Positions 37,187-50,026 of a stretch of 64,000 bases of DNA are shown here, in pieces (position 1 is the first letter of the stretch; each line of letters opens with the position of its first letter). The stretch is taken from positions 111,290,001 to 111,354,000 of the forward strand of contig NC_059429.1 of assembly GCF_021028975.2 (NCBI RefSeq). The letters run 5' to 3'. The stretch is from Sphaerodactylus townsendi (lineage: Eukaryota). The position numbers and the translations under genes were made by a program. A model generated the notes under the pieces. That model saw nothing but the letters and a program-made list of their open reading frames with translations. It was not told where the DNA came from and did not search any database.

Positions 37187-37853
37187 TTGTTTGAGGAAGC
37201 CCTTGAGAGGAACTGTGAGAACACGGCGGCGGCGGTCAAAGTCCCCAATACTCCATCCCCCCAAGTTCATCCACTGCAGTGTCCAGACGTCTTCCTACAG
37301 CCAGCCAGCGTCCAAGAGTTCCACCAGCTCCTCTGAAAGTAGCCCTAGCCCAGATATGCCAGCTCCAAAGATTGAACAAGCCCATCATCTTCTCAGTGAC
37401 GTTGATCCCGGGGAGAATGGTGGTGAGCCACCGGAAGCACGTGCCGTAGAAACTCTGAAGAACAAAACTGAAGGTGGTGCTGTTTCTCTTCCCACTGCCA
37501 TTCTAAAAGCCACAGATCTTGCTGACTTTCAGTCCCTCTCTGAGCAACATAAAGGCGGTATCTGCGCATGCACAAACAAGCACTGCCAGTGTCAGGAATG
37601 GCAGGACATGAAAGTCTACAAGTTTTCTGACCTACAGAACTCTCTTCCATCAACGCCCGAAAGAACAACACGTGTACAGAACAATTCCCAGGTTCTTCTT
37701 TCAAGAACTCCTTCCTGCTCTCCTAGGTCTTGTTCTGAGCAAGCCAGGGCTAATGTGGATGATGTGACTATTGAAGACCTTTCAGGGTACATGGAGTATT
37801 TCCTACATATCCCTAAAAAAATGTCCCACATGGCAGAAATGATGTACACATGA
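37187..37853 (+). CDS. OSER1: OSER1 paralogue B, last coding exon
   Basis: Acceptor cactttttag|T. Encodes [32 protein letters not shown] and [32 protein letters not shown]-stop. Exons sum to 62+111+667 = 840 nt (279 aa plus stop). Confidence 0.95.
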
Positions 37854-37937
37854 CCACTGTGGGGTGTTGTCAAGAAAGGCTGTGGAATCTGGCCTTGGTC
37901 ATGTCTCATCTGAGAGGCCTTTGCTCTCTGTGCTCCT

Positions 37938-37943
37938 AATAAA
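37938..37943 (+). promoter_or_regulatory. Candidate polyadenylation signal of OSER1-B
   Basis: AATAAA 85 nt after the stop codon. Confidence 0.4.
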
Positions 37944-39419
37944 GACACCTCTGCATCACATTCAATCTTTTGGTTTTCCACACTCATTAATGGCCACAAA
38001 TCCAAACCCAGTTGACTGCAAAAGCTGGAAGCAAGATCAGGGCAAGAGATTGCCATGTAGAATCTATGTTTAATGAGTAACCAGCTTGGATAAATGACTA
38101 AAATGTTCAGAATATCCATTTACGGAACTGACGCAGCAGTCCAAGCAGAAACCAGAGCTGACTCTCTGTATGAGCTGAAAGATGTATCTTGCCACTGCTA
38201 ACTTTCCGCAGATAGTTCACAGCATCTGTACAAGTCTCCACTAGTTATTAAAGTATGGAAATGCATTATAACTGATAAAATCCAGTCTCTTATGACCTGA
38301 TCTTGCTTCCTGTTCGGGTCTTCTCTAGTCTCCATCAAACCAGACGTTACTTTGGAGTGTAATCCTTCATCCCTTGCATGCAAATACAAGTTGCTTTTTC
38401 TCTGTCTTTTTGGCATTGCTTTAAATGCATTGTAAATACAATCAAATCAGGTTTTTGCAGGGCACAAATCCTGTGGAATGAGCAATCAGCAAATAGGAAA
38501 CGTAAATGTTGGGTTCAGTAATGAGAATGTAGACAGGTACTAAAAGCTCACCTACTTCTTTTTGCCACTAGGTGTCAGCCTTGTACCATATACATAATTG
38601 ATGACCTATTTAAAAAGAAGCGGTGCATCAGCCACTGGATTCTGTGACTCTTGTTACAATTTCCACTCAGAACTCATTTAACTGGCTTTTCAGTAATTTT
38701 GGAAATGTCGTTGGTATATATTTATTTACTTGCTAAAATATTTATATCCCACATGACCTTGTTGCTCAAAGTAGCTTACAAATCAATTAAAAGCAGCAAA
38801 ATGAATTGTTTCCATTAAAGAGACACTTGCAGCAAAAAAGATGTAACTGTGGGTTTGACCTGCTGAGAAAAAATTGTTTCAAAGAGTGAAAGTGTCAGTT
38901 GTGTGGGCACAGACTCTTATTGATGCCAGACAGCAGGAGGCTTAAGTTGGGGAGCTGTTAGTACGTGGTAGCTTTGAGCCTATTTGGCATAGAGGAATCT
39001 ATGAGAGCAAACAGTCCTTTTATAGCTTGCAATTCACATAAGAGTCGTATCCAGCACCTCGACTTGAAAGCAAGCTGGCAGCTAGTGGAGCTGTTTCAAG
39101 ATAGGCAAGGTACGTTCCTTCTGGATATCCTCTGACAGCAATCGGGCTGATGCATTCTGAACCGCCTCATGGTTCTGGGTTACCTTTCAGGACAGCTTCA
39201 TAGGCCCCTTCCTCACATGCAGAATAATGCCCTTTCAATCCATTTTCAGTGCACTTTGCAGCTGGATTTTGCTGTGTGGAATAGCAAAATCCTCTTTCAA
39301 ACAATTGGGAATGTGTATTGAAAGTGCATTATTCTGCATGTGCAGAAGGGGGCATAGACCACATTACCATTGTGTTACCAAACAAAAATGAATTAGCGTA
39401 GTGGGATCAGCAAGTAAGA

Positions 39420-40600
39420 AGGAAGAGGGGTCAAGCCAGATGCGAACAGCAACAGGCACTCTTAACCACAATTCCAGCCTACTTTTCAAACAGCAAGGAA
39501 AGGTCCATGATCAGCCTCCCACCCCCCAGGCTATTAAACTGCTCCACAAACACCAGCTCCACTGGATCTACTGCTGTGCCTACTTTTTAAAAAATCACCC
39601 TTCCTGGCCAAGATCACTTCTGCCTTGTCTGGATTCAGTCTGTTCTGCTGTAGCCACTTAATCACGGCCTCAAAGTGCTGGTTCAGAGCCAGGATGGATG
39701 AATCTGATATGACCTCTTGGATAATGAAATATACAGTTGAGTATCATCTGCATATTGATGCCACCCAGCTCCAAAACTCCAGATGATCTTAGTGGCCTCA
39801 AATAAATATGAAGAACATAGATGGGAAAATAGGACCCTGTGGAACCCCAGCAAAGGGAGATTAGGGACGGGCCTATAATTGGCCATCTCATTGGAGGTCT
39901 AATAACTTCTTCTTTCAAAGCGTCCCCTCCCCATCAGTCAGAGAGATGATTAATGATTTTAATGAATGGTTCCAAAACCTTTTTTCTGCCAAAGTTTTAA
40001 AAACCAAGACAGGCACAGGTCAAGAGCATGAGAGGCGGCTCTAATGCTCCCAAGGATCAATCTTGAATCGATAACAAAAAGACCAGCAAGTACTTCTGAC
40101 TGTTCAGGTCGCTGACCTTACTCTCAATTAGGTCTCCAAGTCAAAATGAATGAGAGAGACATAAGCAGCAAACAACTTTGCAAAAACATTACATCTGGGA
40201 CTACATTATATCACTCGAAAGGTTGAATTTGAGCAATAAGCAAGTCACGAACCGCTTCAGACGGTTGAGTTGAATGAGATGCTACTGGCATAATGGTGCA
40301 GAAAAAACCCTTGGCCTTCACTGCCACTTCATAGAACTGCAAATGGACTCTGTGTCGTGTTCTGACTCATCTTAAGCCTGCTGCTTTAGTCGTCTTCCAG
40401 TTCAGCAACTTCCCGACAGATCACTGAGGTGAGGCCTATCTCAGCATGAGACAGAAACCCTGTTTAGGCCCATGGAATCACCAGGGAGGCTCTCAAAATC
40501 ACTGAGCCATCTGGAAACCAGCAGGATCTGTTAATCTCTGAGGAGGCAGCAAACTCCATTGTGCCTCCTTCAGGCCATGATTTGACCAAGACAACAGCCA
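39420..40600 (-). mobile_element. Old fragmented L2-type LINE pieces
   Basis: RT motifs ANYRPVPNL and HQYADDTQLYIS on the minus strand. Confidence 0.7.
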
Positions 40601-40990
40601 AACTTCCAGCCTCCTATTCGCATCACCATCGAGCGCCTCAGTACGATGGGTGTCCTTTTTCTCTAAGATGGGCCTGTTGTAACGGAGACAGTCCTGTGGT
40701 GGTCCTGAGCTTCTCTTGAAAAAGCAGCCTCAGCACACATAATGGACTTAACTGGTGTTTGCAACTTACAAAAAATTAAAAAGCTGAAAGCAGTGGTAGG
40801 CAGTGCAATGTACAGATGAGATGTTTTAAAAGGCAACCAACACAGCTGTCTAACAGCCTCGTAGACAAAAATCTTCCCTCCTGACAGCATCTTTTTGTTG
40901 CTTTTCCTGTTTACTAAGTCTGCGCTTGGGACTGCCAAACCAATATGGGAATCCATGTCAGAAGATTCATTCTGTGTAGATAACACACCA

Positions 40991-41262
40991 AGCGTGGTGT
41001 GGTGGTTAAGAGCACTGAATTCTAATCTGGAGAACCAGGTTTGATTTCCCCACTCCTCCACTTGAGCAGTGGACTCTAATCTGGTGAGCTGGATTTGTTC
41101 TCCCTGTTCCTCCACATGAAGCCTGCTTGGGTTAGTCACAGTTGTCTTAGAGTTGTCTCTGTTTCAGCCCCACCTAACTCACAAGGTGTCTTGGTGGGGA
41201 AGGGAAGGTGATCGTAAGCCACTTTGAGACTCCTTGCAGGAGAGAAAAACAGGGTATAAAAA
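40991..41262 (+). mobile_element. Squamate tRNA-derived SINE
   Basis: Same family as 36608-36890. Confidence 0.75.
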
Positions 41263-42779
41263 AACACTCTTCTAATCAGACCAACTTGAAGTAGTGCATG
41301 GAGCCTTGGCCACTGTGTTGTGAAGTCCTCCGGGATAACAGGTTGGCTTTTGCGTGAAACAGGTTGCTGGACTAAATGGATCAACAGTCTGATTCAAGAG
41401 GCTGTTCTTATGTTCTGATTCTCATCATATACGGCTTTGATGTTTTGTCATCTGCCAGCAAGTGCAACCCCTATATAGAAACTGCCCACTCTGTGAGTTA
41501 AGATGAGATTTAACAGTGCTGGAAAGACACTGGGACATAGTTTTATTTTCCTGTACACCCTGGAATTTGTATATACTGAGTTGTCACTCTGTGAGAAGAC
41601 CTTGCTTCCTCCTGACAACCTAGAGGAGGATGCCTTTTCAACAGCCAGCCTGCGAGAGGAAACACAATATGACTTGAGGTCAATCGTGAAAGGGATTGTG
41701 GTGACTGACTGATAGTTCTAAACTCAGTAATTACAAAGTGTTTGGGACACTTACTATTTTATGTGTCTGCAAGTCCATTTGCTATGGCTTTGCGCTCCAA
41801 AAGTGGCAGGTTTTTTCCTCCCTCTTTTCATTCAGGGACGGTTAAGTTATTGGGGCCTAGAGATAACTTGGAAAATTCCTGGCACGTTAATGATTTGTAA
41901 TGTCTGCATAACGTAGTCATACAGATTAACTCCAAGTTTGTCTTTGTTCCTATATGATGTGCACATGTTCTTTTTAATGCCATGTTCAGGAAACATATTT
42001 TCTTCCTTCTCTTTCTACATAACGAGAGACAGGTGTGACCAAAGTAAATGAAAGTTTACAGGAGGAGGCTGGGCTTGTCTGCTTTTCTGATCTATTTCCT
42101 CCACCCCCTTTTTGGAAGATGTTTCAAGTTCTGGAAAGAGCTTTAGTTGTGCAAAGGAAACAGGAGTAAGGCATGAAAGCACTTCTTAAGAGCCAGTAGG
42201 TCAGTTACACGGCACAGTTCTTGTATACTCATACTGATGCCATTTTCTGCCACCATTTGACCTCACCATTAATCTTGTAAGTGTAAGATGCCAAGCTGTG
42301 AGCAGGTGCACAGTAGGGCAAAATCTGCTCCTAACAGGGTAGCTACAGTCAGAGCAGTTACGCACCAAATCGCTGGCAAGGAAAACGAAACCTGTTTTTA
42401 ATTATCTCTACTATAGTGAGTGCAGCACATACCCAGGCGCTTAAAAAAAAAAGTTGTAACTTCCTATGTTCTGTTCACCATAAAGCAGAGAAATTGAGGC
42501 CTTCATGCCGGAGAGGGGGAGTCTGTCTTGAGAAAGAATGCCATTAGCTTATGTCATTATTTCACTTTCATCCTGCCCCTTTTCCAAGGAGATATAACCT
42601 GATTCTTCCTTCCACAACGACCCTGCGAGGCAGTGAACAGCAAGTGGCGGGTCCAAGATTATCCCGCTGGCTCTCAGGTCTTTTCCTCCTACCATTTTTG
42701 TCAGCGGTCAATCCTTTATACAAGTACTTAAAAAATGGACTGATAACCCCACCCGCAATACAATGCAGTCAACCACACC

Positions 42780-43003
42780 TTTGCATAGCAATTTCCACCC
42801 AAACACTTACTGATTAGTTCCCCACCCTGGGACATGGACAATATATACCCCACTAACATTTCCTTCTCACTGGACACAGTGTGTAACAGACGTCTCTCAG
42901 TGATACACCTCTGAAGATGCCAGCCACAGATGCAGGCGAAACGTTAGGAACAAAATCCACCAGACCACGGCCACACAGCCCGGAAAACCCGCCAGAACCG
43001 GTT
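42780..43003 (+). mobile_element. Penelope-like 3' region/terminal repeat with hammerhead motif (42908-42948)
   Basis: CCT-CTGAAGA-TGCC...GGC-GAAACGTT-AGG followed by the family tail. Left boundary uncertain. Confidence 0.75.
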
Positions 43004-43249
43004 CTTCGATGGCTTGCTTTCTTGAGAGAAGTATTTCAGATCAGAACAGACTGCCCCTGCTTTCAGAGAATTACAGGTGCTTTCCAAGGGAAGGAAATGC
43101 CCCACCTCAGAAAAGCGGCCTTTCAGGACCGATCGACCCCCCCACACCCTTGCACATTATTCTCTCTCTCTCTCTCTCTCTCCCCCCCCCCCCCCCCCTC
43201 CGCTTCTGTGGCCGTGAGCACAACTTTTCTCTTTCTTTCCAAACGGCAC

Positions 43250-43660
43250 CAGGCGAAGATCGCGCCGGACGCTTCTGGGCGTGCTATTTTTAAAAGCTGC
43301 TCTTGCTTTCTGCGCCTGCCCTCCTCCTTGGTTTCTTGGTCCCAGTCCAAAAGTGTCTGTGTGTGTGCATGGGCCGCGGGGGGGGGGGGGGGGGCGAGCC
43401 CCCCATAAAAGGGGCCTGGAAAAGGGGCCGGGCTCTGGGAGTTTATTTTAGGAGCAGCCTTGGGGATCCGATGGCCTTGTTAGGGCAGAGTTGACCTTTC
43501 TGCCGGAGGCGGTGGAGGGAAGAGGGCAGGGGGGGCTGCAGGCGAGAGCCGCAGAAGCGTGGAGCTGATGGGACGCTAAAGAAGGGCGGCACAGCCGGGG
43601 GGCCTCCGGGAGCAGCCTGGGAGGGCGCGCGGGAGAAGGCAGGAGGGGTGGGGGCTTCAA
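43250..43660 (+). promoter_or_regulatory. JPH2 GC-rich promoter region with MEF2 site and CArG box
   Basis: CTATTTTTAA (MEF2 consensus YTA(W)4TAR) at 43284-43293 and CCATAAAAGG (CC(A/T)6GG) at 43403-43412, in CpG/GC-rich sequence upstream of the JPH2 ATG. Confidence 0.7.
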
Positions 43661-44156
43661 GACCCACAGCTCTTCCTTGCACCCCCTCCTAGGCTCTGAA
43701 AGGGGCCGGCTGCCATCCCGTCCAGTGGGGCCCTGCAAGGAGGCTGCAGGGATGTGCAACCGGGTCCCCAGCAGTTGAGCATCCCCCCCCCCCTTTGCCC
43801 GGGGCATGGTTTGGCGGAAGGGATGTGGGCTCGAGTGGCTTGCAGCTGAGAGGGACCTTCTTCGCCCGCGTCTCCAGCCTGCCCCCAAAAGCCAGTTCGG
43901 AGTCTTGCCCATGCCTCCTCATCCAACAGGTTAGCCTCACTCTGCAGGTCGCCCTCGCTCTGCATCCCTGCAGGCAGCACCCTTGCCTTTTCTTACCTCC
44001 TCTTGTGAGGACGCAGCACTTTGTTCTGGAGCCAGCTTGGAGAGCCCCCTCGACGATGCCAGTAGCCACACATTCTGCTTTTGCCTAATGGCAAGGCCAC
44101 CTGGCTAGAATAGAAAGGAACGGGCCCCAAAAAGAGAGAAGAGTGGACATTTGTGA

Positions 44157-44612
<456 letters not shown>

Positions 44613-45009
44613 TGAGCTAGAAGCTGTGGCTCAGCCAATGGAAAAGGATTCAGTTCTGGTCCCTGAACCTGTTGCTGGACAGGTGAAATGAAGATTCTGC
44701 AGTAGAAAGTTCTAGTCTTTCCAGAAAAACACACTTTATATAAAGTTGCGGTCCGATGCACACATGGATACACGTTGTCTGTATCCATGCACAAGTCCCT
44801 AGGTGATGCTTCAGCTTCATGTGCATATATGGTTGCACTGAGATATCACAGAATTAACCATCTAGGACACAGATGTACATATTTAAGACCATCATGCACT
44901 CTAATTCTAGTGCTACTCCTGACATGTAAATGCTGACAGCACCATTGCAGAGATCATACACCCCTGCTATGCAGATTGCAACGGTGCAGTCATGCCATGG
45001 TGGGTGTGG

Positions 45010-45195
45010 AAAGTCCCATCAAGTTGAGTTGACTTATGGCAACCCTGTAGGGTTTTCAAGGAAAGAGACATTCAGAAGTGACTTGGTATTGGCTGCCTCT
45101 GCATATCTTCCTTGGTGGTCTCCCATCCAAATGTTAACCTCGGCTGACCTAGCTTCGCTTCTGAGATCTAACAAGATCCATCTAACTCCGGGCAA
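45010..45195 (-). mobile_element. 5S rRNA-derived SINE (5S-Sauria-like)
   Basis: Reverse complement of gatctcagaagcgaagctaggtc...ttggatgggagaccacc, plus the Sauria-like tail. Confidence 0.65.
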
Positions 45196-46230
45196 CCTGC
45201 CATAATATGCTTCAAATCTGGCTGGTTGAGTGAATATCCAACTCACAATGGGTAATCTAGCCAGAGGTGAGCATACTGTTTCTGCGTAAGGCAGGGCTGA
45301 TAGATGGTGCTGTTCAGTTGGAACTGATGTACTGCCTTCTGCACATATGCACACAAAACTCAAGTACAAAAAAAAATTGAAACAGAGCTTCTCGGGCTTC
45401 TAAGTTGCTTTTTGGGGTTTTGTCTGCAACCGTCTGGATTTTCCACTGGTTTAGATGCATCCCTGCTCAGAAATCACAGCCGTTAGTAACTTGCAGTTTT
45501 ATTTTTTGAAAGCCCCAAGAAAACTTCTCATGTGCTCAGTTGCCCTTTCTAACCTGGTGCAAGGTTATTGATACAGAATTGGTAATGGTCAGGGTTGGTT
45601 AGCAGTGGATGTATTTTTAGTCACTCAAAAGTAGGCCGTGACTTAGGCACACAAGTATTAGCACGTCAGAATGCTTCACGCAATAAATAATCCTCTCTAG
45701 AGCTCTGTGGGCTACCATATTCACTCAAGATCTCTGTCCAGCCCATTCTAATTGATAGGGACAGCTTAGCAAAATGTTGAATGAACGTGCTTTAGAAAAG
45801 GGTGGTGAAATTAGAGAGCGGGGAAGGAGCCCAGTTGGGACGAATGGTCAACCACCAGTGAAGACTGGGGAAAATGTTCTCCAGCAGGTGACAAGGTGTT
45901 CTCATAAATAGTGATTTTTCTTTGCAGTTTCATCTGAGATTGAAGGACCTGTTTGATATCATGTGTGTGAGGCCCCCTGAGTTATCCAGTGCATTGTACT
46001 CAATAAACCTTTTGGTACAATAGTCCTGCATAGATCGCCTGTCTCCAACAAGTAGCTCATTCACTGGCTGCAGCATAGTAGCCAGGTAGAGAGTTTGAAA
46101 GTGATCCATCCAGATCCAAGACAAACCCTTGGCTGGCTCTGACCAGTGGCTGTGCAGAACCAGCCACTGGTCATACATCACTTGGGGTGACAAAAGTACT
46201 CTCAATTAGTCCTGGGCAAATTACATATAG

Positions 46231-46732
46231 CAGTGGTGGCGAACCTATGGCACAGGTGCCAGAGGTGGCACTCAGAGCCCTCTCTGTGGGCACACGTGCA
46301 CAGAGTTCGTCATGTGCTAATAGTGTAATTATTTCAGGGAGATTATTAGCATTAAACCTAAGACCTAGTTTTGAGGAAGCAGTGTAGGTAATCCTGTTAA
46401 GCGCTGTTAAACCCTACTGATTTTCATGGGAAGAACGAAAGCGTGATCCTTTACCTGGAAGTAAGCTTGGTTGCTGGGGTTTGCTTCTGAGATATATAAA
46501 CCCTCCTAGGGTCGTGATTCACCTGTTTGAAGCATTGCACAGTTGCTTCAAAGCAAAGCCACCAACTATTACCAAGCTTACTCCCGAGTAATGCGCACCT
46601 TGGAGCCAACCGTTTTTTCTATACTAAAACTTCAGTATTCAGGTTAAATTGCCATGTTGGCACTTTGCGATAAATAAGCGGGTTTGCGGTTGCAGTTTGG
46701 GCACTCGGTCTCGAAAAGGTTCACCATCACTG
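46231..46732 (+). mobile_element. Non-autonomous hAT element (about 500 bp)
   Basis: TIR CAGTGGTGGCGAACCT / AGGTTCACCATCACTG, 8-bp TSD ACATATAG. Confidence 0.9.
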
Positions 46733-47346
46733 ACATATAGGGATTTCAGTCACAGAATCGCATAGTTACAGCATCATATCCTATAGATTAAGGAATTCTG
46801 TACTGTCATGTACTCCAACTGGCCTGCTAAGAGAACTCTCCTGATCTTTCTCCTATGGAACAGGTTGTGGTCAAGGTTACTTAGAAACCACGCCTAAGCG
46901 AAAAGGATCACAACTTTTTCTCCTGTTTCCAGATGTGTGAGGTGGCTCACTTTAAACCATTCAAGGCAGAGATGTATTGTATATACTTATGAATGCATTA
47001 ATAAACAGCAGACTTGCTCTGCAGCTGGGATGGGGGATGGGGGGACGGGGTTGAGAGAGAAGGCAGTTCCATCCGCAAAAGTGGTTTTGACACATGAAGT
47101 ACATTAGTTTGTCACTGAAATGGTTTGTGAAGCACCAGCTACTGCACACATCTGATAATACTTCACTGGTTGAATCCAGTTATTAAGATGTTCATAGTTA
47201 CATGCTACTGCTTTACTTACATCTTGAGGCATAGTGGGAAATAGTAAATAGACTCTGGCCTACAGCTTTTATTACCAATTGTTTGATGAACGTGCCAACA
47301 ACAAGCGAAGGCCACTTGTCATTCAGGTTGCACAAATGTTCTAGCA

Positions 47347-47532
47347 CAGTGGTTCTCAACCTTCCTAGTGCTGCAACAATTTAATACAGTTCCTCATGTT
47401 GTGGTGCCCCCCAACCCTAACATTTATCCTTTTTACAAATGGAGAACACTGATACAGAGAATCTTAGGCGACCCCTGTGAAAGGGTCATTTGACCCCCAA
47501 AGGGGTCGTGACCCACAGGTTGAGAACCGCTA
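47347..47532 (+). mobile_element. SPIN/URR1-like hAT MITE, second copy
   Basis: Same sequence as 8805-8989, 8-bp TSD TTCTAGCA. Confidence 0.88.
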
Positions 47533-50026
47533 TTCTAGCAGATGTACTGTTCCCTGTGGCAATATTATATTCTAACTTGGATCTTCCAGTACTGATGGGA
47601 TTTGAATTTGTTTATTTTTGCAAGCTGTTTTGGCTCTGGTGTGCTGCAATAAAGTAATAGGAACCCTGGCAAATTTGATTCTTAGAGGGTTAGAGTTTTC
47701 TTTGTAGTGGCAAATGGCCATTTGGATTGCATTTCATCTTGTCTCATTTTTGCATGGTACATTTATTAAAGTTTTCCAATGTATCAATACAACTGCCTAA
47801 TTAAATTCTTAATCAAGCAATGGCTGGGTGATTTGTTGAGAAAAATATTGATCAGATGATTGCGCTAAACAGGTCTCCTCTATTATAGAACATAGGAGCA
47901 GTTGTGCTGGATCAGGTCAGTTTCTTGTTTCATACAGTGATCACCCAAATATTCCCTGGAACGCCTGCAAATAAGGCACAGAATTAAAAGCCCTCCTTAG
48001 ATGTTGCCTCCTCCCCCCCCCATCAGTTTACTGCCCCAGATATGGAGGTTCCATCTAGTCATTGTAGTCAATAGCTAGTGATGGATCTGCCCTTTATGAA
48101 TTTGTCTAAATGCCCCACCGTGCTTTGGTGTGGGTATTATAAAACAAATCTTCATTCCTTGTGGCTTGCAGTAGTTCAGTCTGTTAAATGAAAGCATCCT
48201 AACTCTACTCCTGCTTCCCGGTTACATAGCGCCATGGACAAGCTGTTGTGTTGCCCAACAGCCATTTTGAATTTGCTTTTCATGGGCAGAGTAGGTCTTT
48301 TTCATCTCCCTTTGTTATCGGAACTGTAAATGTATACACCAGACAATATTGTGTAACACTCAGAATAACATGGTTTGAATAGAGGGAAATCTGGAGCAAA
48401 CTTGAGTTGTCCTAAGTTGCATTGTCTTTAAAACCAGCATTGAGCTCCATAGTGGGGTTTACTGTCTTTGCTTGTGAAGAGGAACAAGTGAACCAGATTG
48501 GCAATTTGGCCTTTTGTTAATCAGTGAAGTGGCACAGAAATCTTTCTGTAATGGCAAACTTCCCTACAACTTTTTCAATTTGCTTAATCTTGTTGATTCA
48601 GATGTTTCGTATCATATATCACACTATAGCCAAGCACTCAGTTCCTCTGACTGAACAGCATCTATGTTTTTGGAAGAGGAGGCTATGATTTATGCTAATC
48701 CTGCTCCTCCACTGCAGTTCCTCTCTTTGCTCCAATATTGTTCTTATGGGAGGGGGGTCTGGTGACTCTCAGAAAGAAAACTTTGGAGGCTGTATAGGCT
48801 GCTGCAAGAGGGCAAAGTTGGAAACTCCTCCTCTGTGAAATCTGTGGTTGGGAGCCACTGAACACTTACAGTACAGTATATTAGGGTTTATTTTATTATA
48901 TACTGTGTAGGTTATTTTCTTATGAGATGTGTCTGCAAAAAGGGATACCCTTCCCCTTTTTTACATCTGTCTTCCATTTAGAGGATCTTATTTTTCTTTC
49001 TCCCCTCCCTCCTTCAAGTGTTGTGTTCTGTATTGGTCTCTGAGAGATTTCTCTAGAATAATTAATACTCTTGGGAATTTCCTAATGATGAAGTGATTCA
49101 TTAAGTTGACAGTTAAGTGTTTCAGCCTCGGAGATCTCTGTTGATATTTTTGATTTCCTTCTCATGGGAATGTGGTTTTTTCATTTAGAGGAAAGCAATT
49201 CTAGTACATAGGAATAATTATCTGCCTGATGATATGCACATTTGAGAAGTACATTTCAGCAATATATATTTTAATGACTAGCAAAAAATAGATACTGCTC
49301 AGGGCTGTCCTAACGCATGGGAATATTAGGGAGTTGCCTGGGGGCCCCATGAGCATAGGGGCCCCATGCTAATCTATATATGTGATGACTTGCTGTCAAT
49401 AAATAAATATGATACTATACTAAAATATAAATATTTGTCATTGGAAGATGCATATTTAGCATGCGTTTTACTAAAGATAATGAACAGTACTAAGGTTAAT
49501 CTTTAACATAACAAGTGGACATTGGCAGTCACCTCTAATTTAGTATCATGGTCATCTCTGCAACCACGCGTGCATGTACGTGTACGTATCTCATGCACTG
49601 CTTTGCCCAGGGGCCTATAATGCTGTTAAGATGGCCCTAATACTGTTACATATTATGGTTGAAATAGCTTTCCCATCTAGTGGGAATTTCACTATATTAT
49701 ATCTCAGACTTGCAGTACAATCACAAACAGAGTTATACCCTTCTAAATCCACTGAGGTCTGTGAGCTTAGAAGAGTGTAACTTTTTAATATTGCACTGAC
49801 AGTGTATGAATGTATTTTAGTAGATTTGTCAGCTGTGGCTTGGGAATTTCCTGGAGATTTGGTGGCAGCATTTGGGGAGGGTGGAATTTGTGACAATCAG
49901 CAGGGCTGGGATGACACAGAATCTACCCTCTGAAGCTATCATTTTGTTCCAGGGGAACTGATGACTGAACACTGGAAACCAGTTGTAATTTCAGTACTCC
50001 AGTACTGGAGTCTGGCAACCCTAGTT

